A model generated the notes under the pieces. The model searched no databases and was not told the DNA's origin. It saw only the letters and a program-made list of their open reading frames with translations. Of a stretch of DNA of 64,000 nt, positions 9,565 to 19,274 are shown in pieces (the first letter of the stretch is position 1; each line of letters opens with the position of its first letter). The stretch comes from Candidatus Magasanikbacteria bacterium RIFCSPLOWO2_12_FULL_43_12 (GTDB lineage Bacteria > Patescibacteriota > Patescibacteriia > Magasanikbacterales > UBA922). The position numbers and the translations under genes were made by a program. The stretch covers positions 309 through 64,308 of the forward strand of contig MFQN01000019.1 in the NCBI GenBank assembly GCA_001783065.1, in the 5' to 3' direction.

Positions 9565-10302
9565 ATGATTTTAGAACTTGATAGCGCCGAGAGTCTGTAT
9601 TTGCATCGCCGTCGGATAAGAGATAATAATTTTTTACGGCGGTTATACGAAGATTTTTATTTGGAAATTAAAAATTCCGGCTTGCCTGCCGGAACGGTGG
9701 TGGAGTTGGGTTCAGGGCCGGGATTTATCAAAAAGATCATCCCCAACACCATCACTTCTGATGTTATCAGCGGGCCGGATATCGATCAAACATTTTCCGC
9801 CGCCGCCATGCCTTTTACTTCAAACAGTATCGGCGCGTTTGTGATGTTTAATGTTTTTCACCATCTTAAAGAGCCGGAGCAGGCATTGCGCGAGATGGAA
9901 CGCTGTCTCATGCCGGGCGGTAAAATAGTTATGATTGAGCCGTATAATTCGGTGTGGGGTCATTTTGTCTATTCGCATTTTCATTACGAAGATTTTAATC
10001 CCATGGCCGGCTGGAAAATCGAGGGAGACGGCCGTCTTTCCGACGCTAACAATGCTATGCCATGGATAGTGTTTGTGCGCGATCAAGCGGTCTTTAGCAA
10101 AAAATTTCCTCTGTTAAATATTATGTGTCTTAGGGTTCATACGCCTTTCAGATTTATTATTTCCGGCGGCCTTACTAAACCGCAGTTATTGCCGGCGTTT
10201 TTATACCCAGCGGTTTGTTGGTTTGAAAAAATTATTAGTCCTTTCAATAAACAATTAGGTATGTTTGTTACTATTGAACTGCAAAAACGTCCTTCTTTGT
10301 AG
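9565..10302 (+). CDS. Class I SAM-dependent methyltransferase
   Basis: VVELGSGPG motif I, VFHHL and R.L.PGG..VMIEP motifs. Confidence 0.85.
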   Translation: MILELDSAESLYLHRRRIRDNNFLRRLYEDFYLEIKNSGLPAGTVVELGSGPGFIKKIIPNTITSDVISGPDIDQTFSAAAMPFTSNSIGAFVMFNVFHHLKEPEQALREMERCLMPGGKIVMIEPYNSVWGHFVYSHFHYEDFNPMAGWKIEGDGRLSDANNAMPWIVFVRDQAVFSKKFPLLNIMCLRVHTPFRFIISGGLTKPQLLPAFLYPAVCWFEKIISPFNKQLGMFVTIELQKRPSL

Positions 10303-11611
10303 AAACGCGCCGCAACATGGCAATCAAAAATAAAAGGGTTGCTGTCGGGATGCCGACGTCGCCGATAAAAGTGAAACGCGGAATCAGATGAAATCCAAGA
10401 TTCGCTATCAAACCTAAAAAAACGATCACATCAGCCAAAATAACGAGCCGCGAGACGGCGATTTTTTTTGCTTCCGCAATCATTATTGAGAGTGGAATAA
10501 GCCAGATTACATTGGCATACGGCCAGCGCGGGGCGGCGATAAAAAATTCAGAAAAGAATGATAAAGCTATCGCCAAAAAGAATAGTTGCCGCGAGCTGAT
10601 TTCGGGGATTTTGTACTTATAAATAATCAAACTTATAATTATGAGAAATCCCAAAAGAAGGATGAAAAGGGTTTGACTGCTAAACCATTGGTTAAAGACG
10701 GCTCGAAAAATTCTGAAGAGCGAACTGTCCTCTCCCGGGACGGAAAGAGAATTTTTTAAATTCAAGCCGTCCGCAATGTTTTGGTCATATGGTTGGTAAT
10801 TTATAGTTTCGTCGCTAAACAATAATGTCTGCAGTTGGATTGATCGGGAGTAACTTTTCCATAGTGGAGCCGGAGATAGAAGGCTGCTGATTAACACGCT
10901 TGCCGCCATTCCTGCGATGATAATTGAAGCGAATTTAAATTTTTTATAGATTAAAAACGGGATAATCGCGAAGATAAAAGTCGGGCGCAGACTTATGAGA
11001 TAGCCAAAGATAAGCGCACTGGCGACAAACAAGCTGTTAAACCGGCGATTGTTATTTTTTTTCTGATATTTATCGTATAAATAAAACGAAAAAGAAAACA
11101 GAAAAATATATAAGATATAAATCTGCCCTCGTTCTGAATGAAGCCGCCAGAACATACTGCCGGATATGCCCAAAAGCCCCAATATCCAAATAAGAGCGCG
11201 GTTATCGGAATTATCTGATAATATTTTCGCCAGTAAATAGATACTGCCCAAAAGACTTACCCATTGGATGAAAAACCAGAAATAGCGTTGTGCTTTATAT
11301 GGAATTTCGGAGAATAGTGAGTGAAGCGACAAAACCGCAGGCGTAACTGTCAGGCGGGTATATAACGGAATTGCTCGATTGTCAAGCGGGTCAAGAAAAC
11401 GGTCACTTAAGTCGCTGGTCCATTTAAAAAAGTACGGGTCGCGGTTTAATTCGCTGGCAACCCGCGCTCCCACCACCCGATCGCGCAAGTCAATTCCGCC
11501 GTATTTTCGCGTGTTGTTGAAGTCGGTCAAAAATCCGGCGACCGCAACCAGTATAGACGCGATCAAGGTAATCCGTAGAAGAATTTTAGCATTGAAAGAT
11601 GTTGTATTCAC
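10271..11611 (-). CDS. GT87/DUF2029-like GT-C membrane glycosyltransferase
   Basis: Multi-TM protein with GGIDLRDRVVGAR, TVTPAVL, ERGQ and LRP motifs typical of GT87-like proteins; GTG start overlaps the upstream stop. Confidence 0.65.
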   Translation of the reverse strand: MNTTSFNAKILLRITLIASILVAVAGFLTDFNNTRKYGGIDLRDRVVGARVASELNRDPYFFKWTSDLSDRFLDPLDNRAIPLYTRLTVTPAVLSLHSLFSEIPYKAQRYFWFFIQWVSLLGSIYLLAKILSDNSDNRALIWILGLLGISGSMFWRLHSERGQIYILYIFLFSFSFYLYDKYQKKNNNRRFNSLFVASALIFGYLISLRPTFIFAIIPFLIYKKFKFASIIIAGMAASVLISSLLSPAPLWKSYSRSIQLQTLLFSDETINYQPYDQNIADGLNLKNSLSVPGEDSSLFRIFRAVFNQWFSSQTLFILLLGFLIIISLIIYKYKIPEISSRQLFFLAIALSFFSEFFIAAPRWPYANVIWLIPLSIMIAEAKKIAVSRLVILADVIVFLGLIANLGFHLIPRFTFIGDVGIPTATLLFLIAMLRRVSTKKDVFAVQ

Positions 11612-13005
11612 ATTTTTTGTGTTAACGGTTTTGTATCACTGCGGAATTTGTTTAGTATCAATATTGTATCTGCGGCTAGCAAAAACAAAAGCGGATTGAT
11701 GGGAATCCTGAAGCGCGGTCCGCCGATTGGCGAGGCGATGGCGCTGTAAAGTAAAATTATGCCGATCAGAAAAATAATTTCTTTGGACCACTGTCGTTGC
11801 CGCCAAAAAAAGATTAAAGGATTTGCCACCGCTAACAGAGCGACAACAATAAAAAACAGATCAGCAAAAAATAAGACCAGGAACAGCGGTTGATTTTCTA
11901 CTCTTATTACTGTTTGGCTTGGCTGTCGCCAATCAATTTGCTCTAAAAATCCGCCACTCACCGTCCCATGAGTCGTGTCATAGTTAAAATTTAATTGTGG
12001 GATGCCGTTGAGAATGCTGGCATAACCGGAATCAGTGAATAAATACGGGACGCGGATAAAATGGAACCAAAGGTATTGTGGAAAGTGGGTTTTGAGATAA
12101 TTCGTTACCACGAGCTTTATTGGGGCAATCGCTCGCGCATCTAGAGTTTCGTTGACTGGACGCATATCGGCGTAGGGCAACCGATCTTCGTCCGGCGCGC
12201 CGCGTTTAGCGCGCCATTCATCAAAATATCTGGCGCGATATTCATAACCCTGCGTCCAGACGATAGAGCTGAAGCTGGAAGAGTGAACGGTAAAAAAAAT
12301 AAAATAGAGCCAAGGCGAGATGATTAAAAAAAATATACCCAGTGAAGCCGCGGCATGTCGTGCGATTTTTTTATATTTGTCATTTACCACCACACTAAAA
12401 GTTTTGATGTGGTGGTTTACGAACCAAACCGCCGTCGGCAAGATAATAAAAAGTGGGAAAGCAATCGGCCGAGCGAGGGCAGACATGGCCAATAACGAGG
12501 AGCCATACCACAAAAATTTTGTTTTAGAAGTTTTTATATACATGAGCACAGAGAACAGTGCGCCAAGGAACAGCGGAGTAAAGATAGCCTCGGCCATTAT
12601 TTGCGCCGAGATAAGCGCGCCAGTAGGTTCAAGAGCGAATAAAACAGCTGCCGTGATTGCCGCTTTGCGACTAAAAATCTTTTGACCCAGCCAAAACACC
12701 AATCCAATCCCAAATGACATGATAATGCTTTGGACTATTGCCGGAACATATAACGAAGTTCTGAGCCAGACAAATGGCAATAAAAATAGAGGATAGAGCG
12801 GGGTGCGGAAGTTATCCTGATGCGGAGTCTCGGAAATTTCCATTGAATACACGCCATGTTCGAGAATGTTTTTAGCGGTTTGCAGGTAGGTTTGACTATC
12901 GTTGACATAAAGCAATGATTTTTCTTCGGCAAAAGAAAAAAGAGCCGTTAGTCGCATCAAAAAAGCTAACAAAAATATTATGGCGAATATTTTTTTATTG
13001 CTCAT
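11608..13005 (-). CDS. ArnT/PMT-like GT-C membrane glycosyltransferase
   Basis: DS..Y...A.N, RTPLYPLFL, IMAE.IF, LARP and PRFRIP motifs; multi-TM. Confidence 0.8.
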   Translation of the reverse strand: MSNKKIFAIIFLLAFLMRLTALFSFAEEKSLLYVNDSQTYLQTAKNILEHGVYSMEISETPHQDNFRTPLYPLFLLPFVWLRTSLYVPAIVQSIIMSFGIGLVFWLGQKIFSRKAAITAAVLFALEPTGALISAQIMAEAIFTPLFLGALFSVLMYIKTSKTKFLWYGSSLLAMSALARPIAFPLFIILPTAVWFVNHHIKTFSVVVNDKYKKIARHAAASLGIFFLIISPWLYFIFFTVHSSSFSSIVWTQGYEYRARYFDEWRAKRGAPDEDRLPYADMRPVNETLDARAIAPIKLVVTNYLKTHFPQYLWFHFIRVPYLFTDSGYASILNGIPQLNFNYDTTHGTVSGGFLEQIDWRQPSQTVIRVENQPLFLVLFFADLFFIVVALLAVANPLIFFWRQRQWSKEIIFLIGIILLYSAIASPIGGPRFRIPINPLLFLLAADTILILNKFRSDTKPLTQKM

Positions 13006-13934
13006 ATTTGTTTTTTGTACCAGGCGATTGTTTCCTCTAGCCCCTGGGTCAGGGTGTATTGAGGTTGGAAGCCTAAAAGCTGCTGGGCTTTTTTAATGTC
13101 TACCGAGCGCCGCGGCTGGCCATTTGGTCTGGCGGTATCATAAATCACTTTGCCAGTGTGGCCAGTAAGTTTTCTAATCATTTCCACCAAATCTTTGATG
13201 CTGGTTTCCTTGCCAGTGCCTAAATTTACTGATTGACTGTCCACAGCCGTTTCAGCGGCCAACAGCACGCCTTCCGCGAAGTCTTTCACATACAAAAAAT
13301 CTCTGGTCGGAGTTCCATCGCCCCAGACCACCAGAGGATTTTCTTTATTCAAACATTTGCGTATCACTGCCGGAATTACGTGTGAATATTCTTCATGGAA
13401 ATTATCACCAGGGCCATAAGCATTATTTGGTATCACTACGACGATGTCGCTTCCATATTGTTTTCTGTAAGCATCAGCTTGAATCGTCAAAATTCTTTTG
13501 CCAATGCCATAAGCAAGATTGGTTTCTTGCGGCAAGCCATTCCAAAGCTGGTTTTCGGTAAGCGGGTATACGGCATCTTTGGGATAGGCGCAGGCGCTGC
13601 TTACCAATACTATCTTTTTTACGCCGCGCTCTTTCGCCGCCTCCACCACCTGCAGGTCCATCAGGATATTATTATAATATTGCGATGCGGGAAATTTTTT
13701 GCTAAAACCAACGCCGCCGAGGACTGCCGCCAAATGAATGACGACATCAATCTGATTATTTTTCATTAATCGCAAACAGTTGTCTATATTTCGTAAATCA
13801 TCTTTTTTGGCGTCAGGAATTATAATTTGGTCTTTGGCTAGACCCCTCTTTTCAATGAGGTTATCAACAACCCATTGTCCGATAAAACCGTATCCGCCGG
13901 TTATTAGCGCCTTTTTATCTTTAAGATTAAACAT
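13002..13934 (-). CDS. Second GDP-L-fucose-synthase-family epimerase/reductase
   Basis: HLAAVLGGVG, SSACAYPK, ETNLAYGIGK, YGPGDNF...SHVIP, WGDGTPTRDFLYV and RPNGQPRR motifs. Confidence 0.85.
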   Translation of the reverse strand: MFNLKDKKALITGGYGFIGQWVVDNLIEKRGLAKDQIIIPDAKKDDLRNIDNCLRLMKNNQIDVVIHLAAVLGGVGFSKKFPASQYYNNILMDLQVVEAAKERGVKKIVLVSSACAYPKDAVYPLTENQLWNGLPQETNLAYGIGKRILTIQADAYRKQYGSDIVVVIPNNAYGPGDNFHEEYSHVIPAVIRKCLNKENPLVVWGDGTPTRDFLYVKDFAEGVLLAAETAVDSQSVNLGTGKETSIKDLVEMIRKLTGHTGKVIYDTARPNGQPRRSVDIKKAQQLLGFQPQYTLTQGLEETIAWYKKQI

Positions 13935-13964
13935 ATCAAATCGGAGTCATCATTTAGTTAGTCA

Positions 13965-13994
13965 ATTTTAGCATAAAAGTGGATAGGAAGGCAA
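13965..13994 (-). promoter_or_regulatory. sigma70-type promoter for the minus-strand fcl-like/GT-C operon
   Basis: TTGCCT-N18-TAAAAT with an extended TG on the minus strand, 30 nt upstream of the ATG at 13934. Confidence 0.5.
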
Positions 13995-14026
13995 GTTTTT
14001 TGAGCCGGTCAGAGGTAGACAAGGTC

Positions 14027-14080
14027 TTGATTATTTGCACCCCATGTGTTAAGATGGAAACACTAAAATAGTGATATAAT
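14027..14080 (+). promoter_or_regulatory. sigma70-type promoter(s) for the rfbF operon
   Basis: TTGATT-N17-TAAGAT (14027-14055) and a TGnTATAAT (14072-14080) ending 4 nt before the ATG. Confidence 0.5.
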
Positions 14081-14084
14081 TAGT

Positions 14085-14870
14085 ATGAAAACAGTCATTT
14101 TATGCGGCGGTATCGGCACCAGAATGAAAGAAGAAACCGAGTTTAAGCCGAAACCGTTGGTTTTGGTTGGCGGTAAGCCGATTTTGTGGCATATCATGAA
14201 AATTTATGCCCATCACGGTTTTAATGACTTTATTTTAGCGCTTGGCTATAAAGGCGACATGATAAAGCAGTATTTTTTGAATTGGAGGAGTTTTTTGAAT
14301 GATTTTACTCTCTGCACCAGAGATAACGCTATAAGTTTTCACAACAATGATTGCGATGATTTCAAAATTACTTTCGTCGAAACAGGTTTGGACAGCTTGA
14401 CCGGGGAGCGGGTCCGCCTTGTGAAGAAGTACATTGACGGGGATGACTTCATGATCACTTATGGGGATGGAGTGGCTGATATTGATATCCACGCTTTAGT
14501 TAATTTTCATAAGATCCAGAATACATTGGCGACGGTAACAGCTGTTCGCGCCGGGAATCGGTTTGGATTTTTAAATATTAATCACGACACTAAAAAAGTG
14601 ATTAATTTTTTTCAACATAAAGTGGCGGGGAGCAGCGAGGACAGACAAAAGGATTTCATCAATGGCGGATTTATGGTTTTGAAAAAAGAAGCGCTTGATC
14701 TGATCCCGGAGAATGGCATGATTGAATCAATTTACCCGATATTAGCCGGCAAAGGCGAGCTCTCCGTCTATCTGCATGATGGCAAATGGAAATGCATGGA
14801 CACGCACAAAGAATATGAAGAACTGAACGCGCATTGGAAAGAAGACCCATTTTGGAAAGTTTGGGAGTAA
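14085..14870 (+). CDS. rfbF: Glucose-1-phosphate cytidylyltransferase
   Basis: ILCGGIGTRMKEETEFKPKPLV, ETG..S.TG.R, TYGDGVAD, INGGF and W.CMDT motifs. Confidence 0.9.
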   Translation: MKTVILCGGIGTRMKEETEFKPKPLVLVGGKPILWHIMKIYAHHGFNDFILALGYKGDMIKQYFLNWRSFLNDFTLCTRDNAISFHNNDCDDFKITFVETGLDSLTGERVRLVKKYIDGDDFMITYGDGVADIDIHALVNFHKIQNTLATVTAVRAGNRFGFLNINHDTKKVINFFQHKVAGSSEDRQKDFINGGFMVLKKEALDLIPENGMIESIYPILAGKGELSVYLHDGKWKCMDTHKEYEELNAHWKEDPFWKVWE

Positions 14871-14876
14871 TTTTTT

Positions 14877-15842
14877 ATGAGTAATCTTGCTAATTCAAAC
14901 ATATTCGTCACTGGAGCAATCGGTCTGGTTGGTTCGCATCTTGTGAAAAGCCTTCTTGAGTTACAGCCGAATAAGATCGTTTGCCTTTGCCGAAGCCGTG
15001 ACCCCCACTCGGTTTTTTATTCAGAGAAATTGGATGATAAAGTTATCTGCGCCTACGGCGATCTAAAAGATCGTGAGCGAATTCTTGACCTCGTATCAAA
15101 ACACGAGATAAATTATATTTTTCACGTCGCGGCCCAGCCGATCGTGCCGATTGCCTTTGTCAATCCCTATGAAACCTTGGACACAAATATTATGGGCACA
15201 GTCAACGTTCTTGAAGCGGCCAGGATATGTCCCAACATAAAATCAGTCATCGTGGCCTCGAGCGATAAAGCTTACGGCAAGGATTGTGTAATGGTCGAGG
15301 AGAACCATTCCCTGGAAGGCGACCACCCATACGACGTTTCCAAATCGTGCGCCGATCTGATTGCGCGAACCTACGCCAAAACGTATGGTTTGCCGGTTGC
15401 CGTGAGCAGATTCGGAAATATATACGGCCCGGGAGATTTGAATTTTAACCGGATTATTCCCGGAATTTTAAAAGCTGTTTTTGAGGGATCGGTTTTAAAA
15501 ATAAGAAGCAACGGAATGTTTAAGAGAGATTATGTTTATGTGAAAGATGTTGTAAGCGGATATATTGCGCTTGCCGAAAATATAGAACGAGTCAAAGGCG
15601 AAGCGTTTAATTTTAGTTCCGGTCAGAATTTTTCAGTCTTTGATTTGCTGGGAAGAATTTCTCATGCGGTGAATAGTGAGATTAAATACGAAATAGTCGA
15701 CACCCAAAAAAATGAAATTCCCGAGCAAAGCCTAAATTTTACCAAAGCGAACAGGATCTTAGGGTGGCAATCGCACTATTCTTTTCAAGCCGGTGTTATC
15801 GAAACTTATGAGTGGTATGAAAAATTTTTTAAAAATAAATAA
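14877..15842 (+). CDS. rfbG: CDP-glucose 4,6-dehydratase-like SDR
   Basis: HVAAQPIV, TNIMGTVNVLEA, SSDKAY, PYDVSKSCAD and R.GNIYGPGD...RIIP motifs; directly follows rfbF. Confidence 0.7.
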   Translation: MSNLANSNIFVTGAIGLVGSHLVKSLLELQPNKIVCLCRSRDPHSVFYSEKLDDKVICAYGDLKDRERILDLVSKHEINYIFHVAAQPIVPIAFVNPYETLDTNIMGTVNVLEAARICPNIKSVIVASSDKAYGKDCVMVEENHSLEGDHPYDVSKSCADLIARTYAKTYGLPVAVSRFGNIYGPGDLNFNRIIPGILKAVFEGSVLKIRSNGMFKRDYVYVKDVVSGYIALAENIERVKGEAFNFSSGQNFSVFDLLGRISHAVNSEIKYEIVDTQKNEIPEQSLNFTKANRILGWQSHYSFQAGVIETYEWYEKFFKNK

Positions 15843-16965
15843 ATGCCGTGTGTGCGGCCAAGCCTTGTTTCAAGAACCATTATTGCGATACAAGAACATG
15901 CCGAGGGCTGTTCAATATTTACCTGACGCGAAATCCCTAAAAAATGATAGGGGAATCAATTTGGAAGTTAGCCAATGTTCAGGTTGCGGTTTGGTACAGT
16001 TAAACAATGTTCCGGTTCCTTATTATAGAGAAGTTATACGCGCCGCCGGTGTTTCCGGCGAAATGAATGATTTTAGGACTAAACAATTTAATGACTTTGC
16101 AAAAAAATACGCGCTCAAAGATAGAAAAGTCATTGAGATCGGTTGCGGGCGCGGTGAATATTTATCTATCATGTCGCGGGTCGGCTTGAATGCTTACGGG
16201 CTTGAATATAATGAAGCTTCGGTAAACGACTGCGTAAAAAATAACCTGAGAGTTTCAGGTGGATTTGTGGAGAGTGACAATTACAAAATAGATAGCGCTC
16301 CATTCAGCGCCTTTTTTATATTGAATTTTTTTGAACACTTGCCAGATCCGAATTCAACGCTAAGGGGGATATACAACAATTTGGCAGATGGCGCGGTGGG
16401 AATTGTGGAGGTGCCGAATTTTGACATGATTTTACGCAACCGTCTTTTTTCAGAATTCATGCGCGATCATTTGCTTTATTTTACCAAAGAAACCTTAATT
16501 ACCGCGTTAAGTTTGAATGGTTTTGAAGTCATTGAGTGTAATGTGGTCTGGTATGACTATATAATTTCCGCGGTAGTTAAAAAAAAAGGAAAAATGGATT
16601 TCTCATCCTTTGATAAACATCAAAAAAAAATTATAAAAGAATTGAAAGAATTTATTGACAGTTTTGATGGCAAAGACATAGCGGTATGGGGTGCCGGGCA
16701 TCAGGCGTTTGCGATCCTCTCTTTCCTGAATTCAGTCGGCAAAATTAAGTATGTAGTTGACTCCGCGGCGTTTAAACAGGGTAAATTTTCCCCAGTCACC
16801 CACATACCCATTGTGTCTTTGAAACATCTGGTGGCGAACCCGGTTGGCGCCATCATCATCATGGCGGGCAGTTATTCTGATGAGGTAAAGAAAATAATAA
16901 TGGAAAAATTTGATAAAAAAATAAAAATCGCGATTTTGAGAGATTATGGATTGGAAATTGTTTGA
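15817..16965 (+). CDS. NDP-hexose C-methyltransferase-like protein (Zn-binding, SAM and C-terminal domains)
   Basis: CRVC...CSGCGLVQL Zn site, IEIGCGRG, FEH.PDP, EVPN, H..YF and C-terminal IAVWGAG...VVDS...KQGK motifs. ATG at 15817 is preferred over the track start at 15793. Confidence 0.8.
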   Translation: MKNFLKINKCRVCGQALFQEPLLRYKNMPRAVQYLPDAKSLKNDRGINLEVSQCSGCGLVQLNNVPVPYYREVIRAAGVSGEMNDFRTKQFNDFAKKYALKDRKVIEIGCGRGEYLSIMSRVGLNAYGLEYNEASVNDCVKNNLRVSGGFVESDNYKIDSAPFSAFFILNFFEHLPDPNSTLRGIYNNLADGAVGIVEVPNFDMILRNRLFSEFMRDHLLYFTKETLITALSLNGFEVIECNVVWYDYIISAVVKKKGKMDFSSFDKHQKKIIKELKEFIDSFDGKDIAVWGAGHQAFAILSFLNSVGKIKYVVDSAAFKQGKFSPVTHIPIVSLKHLVANPVGAIIIMAGSYSDEVKKIIMEKFDKKIKIAILRDYGLEIV

Positions 16966-18061
16966 AGTTATGCCTCACGAAGTTTTAAAGGAAAATTTGA
17001 TCAGCGTTATTGTCCCCGTTTACAATTGTGAAGATTATCTTGCCAATTGCGTTGAAAGCCTGATTGCCCAAAATTATAAAAATTTTGAAATTATTTTGAT
17101 TAATGATGGATCTACGGATAGGAGTGGAACAATCTGTCATTATTACGCGTCGCGCGACAGTGGAATTAAAGTGATTGATAAAAAAAATTACGGACCAGCG
17201 GCGGCTAGGAATGACGGTATCGCTCTGTCAAAGGGCGAGTTCATATTTTTTATTGACGCGGATGATTTAGTGGAACCGAATGCCATAAATTTGTTAATAG
17301 ATAGTTATCGTCAGAATAATGCGGAAATTGTCATTGGGGATTTTTATAAATTTGACGATGTTTCGCGTACTGATTCAGGCCATGGTCATTTTCTTTCTGA
17401 CAGTCTATTAATGACGAAGCCGGACATTGTGGATTACGCGCGTTCATATTTAAAAAAACCTAATCGATTTCCGTTGTTTGCTTATTCCTGGGGCAGACTT
17501 TTTAAGTCAGCTATTATCAAGAATAACAATATTTTGTTTAATGTTGATTTGCGGACTTTTGAAGATGTGGCTTTTAATTTTGACTATTTGAATTATGTTG
17601 ATAAAATATTTTTTTTGAAATCAGCTATCTATGGTCATCGCATATATCACCATTTTGCCTCGGCGACAATGGCCATTGGCGATGATTTTTATGGGATGTT
17701 TGGATATAAGAAAGCCTTGGAGGCAATCCGGAATTTTCTTAAAAATCATGATCCTACGATTAACCCGCAAAAAGAAATTGGGCATGCCGACATTTATTTG
17801 ACAATTATTCAGATAGTTCGCATTTGCGGGCAAATCAATCAGGCAAATAAAAAGAAGATTTACAATTTTATCCGCGCGATAATCGGCGATATGAATTTCC
17901 GTAATAACCTTCGATTTTATTCGCCATCAACCGGTGATAGTAAAATTCTTCCTGTTTTGATGAAGCTGAAACTCGTTTGGCCGATTATTATGGTGTGTAA
18001 ATACAAGGCTGATAGAAGGTATAAAAAAACAACAAAAAAATCATATGAATTTAGACGATGA
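16946..18061 (+). CDS. GT2 glycosyltransferase
   Basis: ISVIVPVYN, INDGSTD, G...ARN.G, FIDADD and FED..FN motifs; the true start may be a few codons downstream. Confidence 0.9.
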   Translation: MDWKLFEVMPHEVLKENLISVIVPVYNCEDYLANCVESLIAQNYKNFEIILINDGSTDRSGTICHYYASRDSGIKVIDKKNYGPAAARNDGIALSKGEFIFFIDADDLVEPNAINLLIDSYRQNNAEIVIGDFYKFDDVSRTDSGHGHFLSDSLLMTKPDIVDYARSYLKKPNRFPLFAYSWGRLFKSAIIKNNNILFNVDLRTFEDVAFNFDYLNYVDKIFFLKSAIYGHRIYHHFASATMAIGDDFYGMFGYKKALEAIRNFLKNHDPTINPQKEIGHADIYLTIIQIVRICGQINQANKKKIYNFIRAIIGDMNFRNNLRFYSPSTGDSKILPVLMKLKLVWPIIMVCKYKADRRYKKTTKKSYEFRR

Positions 18062-19274
18062 TTTTTCCGTCCAACAAACCATTCTGGATCTTAAAATTAC
18101 GATTTTACCGATAATCATTTTTGGCAGTGGAATTGTTGGAGAAGTATTGTTTAAAGCATGTGAAAATACCGGTATTAAAGTTACCGGTTTTTGTGATAAT
18201 AATATAAAAAAAACAAAAGATTCCAAGTGCGGAATCCCAGTGTTCTTTACGCCGGAATTAAAAAGTAAATATTCCGATGCCGTTGTTTTGATATCAGCCG
18301 CCGACATTCGAGACGCAATTACTCAATTGCAAAGTTTAAAATTTTATAAATGGGCCCCCTGCACTTTTTTATTGAGAGACTTCAATACATACCAGCACCA
18401 ATTCAGCGCGCCTGGAGATTTTGTCCAGTATGCTACCGATACTTGTATTCTATGTCATGATAGTTATTCACTTCCGGACAAACTTTTTTTAAGAAGCGTA
18501 GATATAGTGATAACGGAAAGATGTTCGCTTAAATGCAGGGATTGTTCTAATCTGATGTCGTATTATCAAAAACCGATGAACTGCGATTCGCAGGAATTAA
18601 TTAAAACCATAGATGCCTTTTGTAACATTGTAGATGAAGTTAATGAGTTTAGAGTATTAGGCGGTGAGCCGTTTATGAATCCAGAGTTTGATATAATTAT
18701 AGATAGACTGATGTCAGAACCCAAAGTTAAAAAAATAATCGTATATACAAATGGGACCATCGTTCCATCAGATGGAAAAATTCAATGTTTGAAGAGTAAA
18801 AAAACGCTTTTGATAATAACTGATTATGGGCCGGCGCTTTCTAAGAATCTGGGGATTTTGACAGAAAAACTGTTAAGCGAGGGGATTTCATATTTCGTGC
18901 AAAAGGCGGGTGGATGGACAGATTGTAATAAAATAGCGAGAAATTATAGGAATTCTTTTCAGCAAATGGAAATTTTTGACAATTGTTGCGCCAAAAATAC
19001 CATTACAATTTCGGAAGGGAAGCTGCACCGATGTCCTTTTGCCGCGAATGCCATGAGGCTGAGAGCGGTGCCTGATTTTAATGACGATTATGTGGAGTTT
19101 ATGCAAACACGAGATGATCATAGCGAAATAAAAAAGAAAATCAGGTCATTTTTATTTGATAAGAAATTTTTAGCGGTCTGCGATTATTGCAGAGGAAGGT
19201 CGTTTGGAGATGAAGAAATACCGTCAGCAATTCAGGCTGATAAATCATTAGACTATGAACGATATCAATACTAA
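18045..19274 (+). CDS. Radical SAM protein with an N-terminal Rossmann-like domain
   Basis: CSLKCRDC (CX3CX2C), LGGEPF, TNGT and C-terminal Cys residues (CC...CPF...CDYC); N-terminal IIIFGSGIVG...FCDNN domain. Confidence 0.85.
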   Translation: MNLDDDFSVQQTILDLKITILPIIIFGSGIVGEVLFKACENTGIKVTGFCDNNIKKTKDSKCGIPVFFTPELKSKYSDAVVLISAADIRDAITQLQSLKFYKWAPCTFLLRDFNTYQHQFSAPGDFVQYATDTCILCHDSYSLPDKLFLRSVDIVITERCSLKCRDCSNLMSYYQKPMNCDSQELIKTIDAFCNIVDEVNEFRVLGGEPFMNPEFDIIIDRLMSEPKVKKIIVYTNGTIVPSDGKIQCLKSKKTLLIITDYGPALSKNLGILTEKLLSEGISYFVQKAGGWTDCNKIARNYRNSFQQMEIFDNCCAKNTITISEGKLHRCPFAANAMRLRAVPDFNDDYVEFMQTRDDHSEIKKKIRSFLFDKKFLAVCDYCRGRSFGDEEIPSAIQADKSLDYERYQY

